Shown here: positions 41,464 to 41,603 of the stretch, piece by piece | Layout of the letters: each line of letters begins with the position of its first letter | How positions within the stretch are numbered: position 1 is the stretch's first letter | Translations under genes and position numbers: made by a program | Source of the DNA: Actinomycetota bacterium | GTDB lineage: Bacteria > Actinomycetota > UBA4738 > HRBIN12 | Direction of reading: 5' to 3' | DNA: 41,603 nucleotides | NCBI GenBank assembly: GCA_035461565.1 | Contig: DATHVC010000265.1 | Coordinates: 1 to 41,603 of the forward strand | Notes under the pieces: model-generated | The model's input: the letters and a program-made list of their open reading frames with translations, nothing else | What the model was told of the DNA's origin: nothing | Databases searched by the model: none

Positions 41464-41603
41464 TTACTGCAGGTGCTCGACCTCCCCGAACCGGACGACC
41501 TGGGTCGTCTCGCCCGTCGCGATCTGGAGCCCGCCCGCCTCGTCCACACCTTCGGCCACCCCGTCCACGGTGGCGCCGGTGACGGTCCTCGCGCGCACGC
41601 GAC
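41464..41603 (-). CDS. birA: 3' end of a probable biotin-[acetyl-CoA-carboxylase] ligase (C-terminal domain only, partial)
   Basis: This is not in the ORF track because no start codon lies inside the window. The minus-strand frame reads ...RVRARTVTGATVDGVAEGVDEAGGLQIATGETTQVVRFGEVEHLQ*, with TAA at 41466-41464. It resembles the BirA C-terminal SH3-like domain (G.A.GvD..G.L.........GEV). In mycobacteria, PH-domain membrane proteins follow birA. Confidence 0.45.
   Translation of the reverse strand, partial: RVRARTVTGATVDGVAEGVDEAGGLQIATGETTQVVRFGEVEHLQ

Noticed and set aside
1-41603. Mobile elements, prophage, CRISPR arrays, tRNA/rRNA genes
   Set aside because: I recognised no integrase, transposase or recombinase motifs, no regularly spaced repeats and no tRNA-like cloverleaf candidates. 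All intergenic gaps are about 210 nt or shorter and are mostly accounted for by promoters or hairpins.

Overview
High-GC bacterial chromosomal segment. Its gene content looks like Actinomycetota: an LLM/F420-type oxidoreductase, crotonyl-CoA carboxylase/reductase, PccB plus an epsilon subunit, and a PH-domain protein downstream of birA. I count about 44 protein-coding genes, densely packed and very often joined by GTGA/ATGA stop-start overlaps. I saw no rRNA, tRNA, CRISPR array, integrase or transposase. Most long ORFs in the six-frame track are antisense or off-frame artefacts of the GC content (Arg/Gly/Pro-rich) and were discarded.

Main blocks:
1. 743-7138 (-): an archaeal-style nurA-herA-sbcD(mre11)-sbcC(rad50) DNA-end-resection operon, translationally coupled at every junction.
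2. 8854-24856: scattered acyl-CoA metabolism genes (ACAD, thiolase, epimerase, ccr, pccB/epsilon, hbd), interspersed with an atypical FtsH-like AAA-metalloprotease next to an XRE regulator, and a Cas4-like PD-(D/E)XK nuclease head-to-head with an ArsR-DUF2087 regulator.
3. 24909-31792 (+): an eight-gene envelope operon built around a CopC-CopD (YcnJ-like) fusion. It is flanked by two paralogous GHLH-motif domain proteins and continues into a CPBP protease, an orphan solute-binding lipoprotein and a membrane protein.
4. 33126-38061 (-): two thiolase-fold proteins that both appear to lack the catalytic Cys and His, two DUF35 Zn-ribbon/OB modules (one fused), a VOC protein and an ACAD.
5. 38123-40779: a K+ module, with a 2TM-RCK channel carrying a non-canonical TVGFLE filter plus a CPA2 antiporter with a KhtT-like subunit.

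The candidates I rate most likely to be genuinely under-described are block 4, block 3 and block 1. All family assignments come from motif reading by eye. No database search was run.
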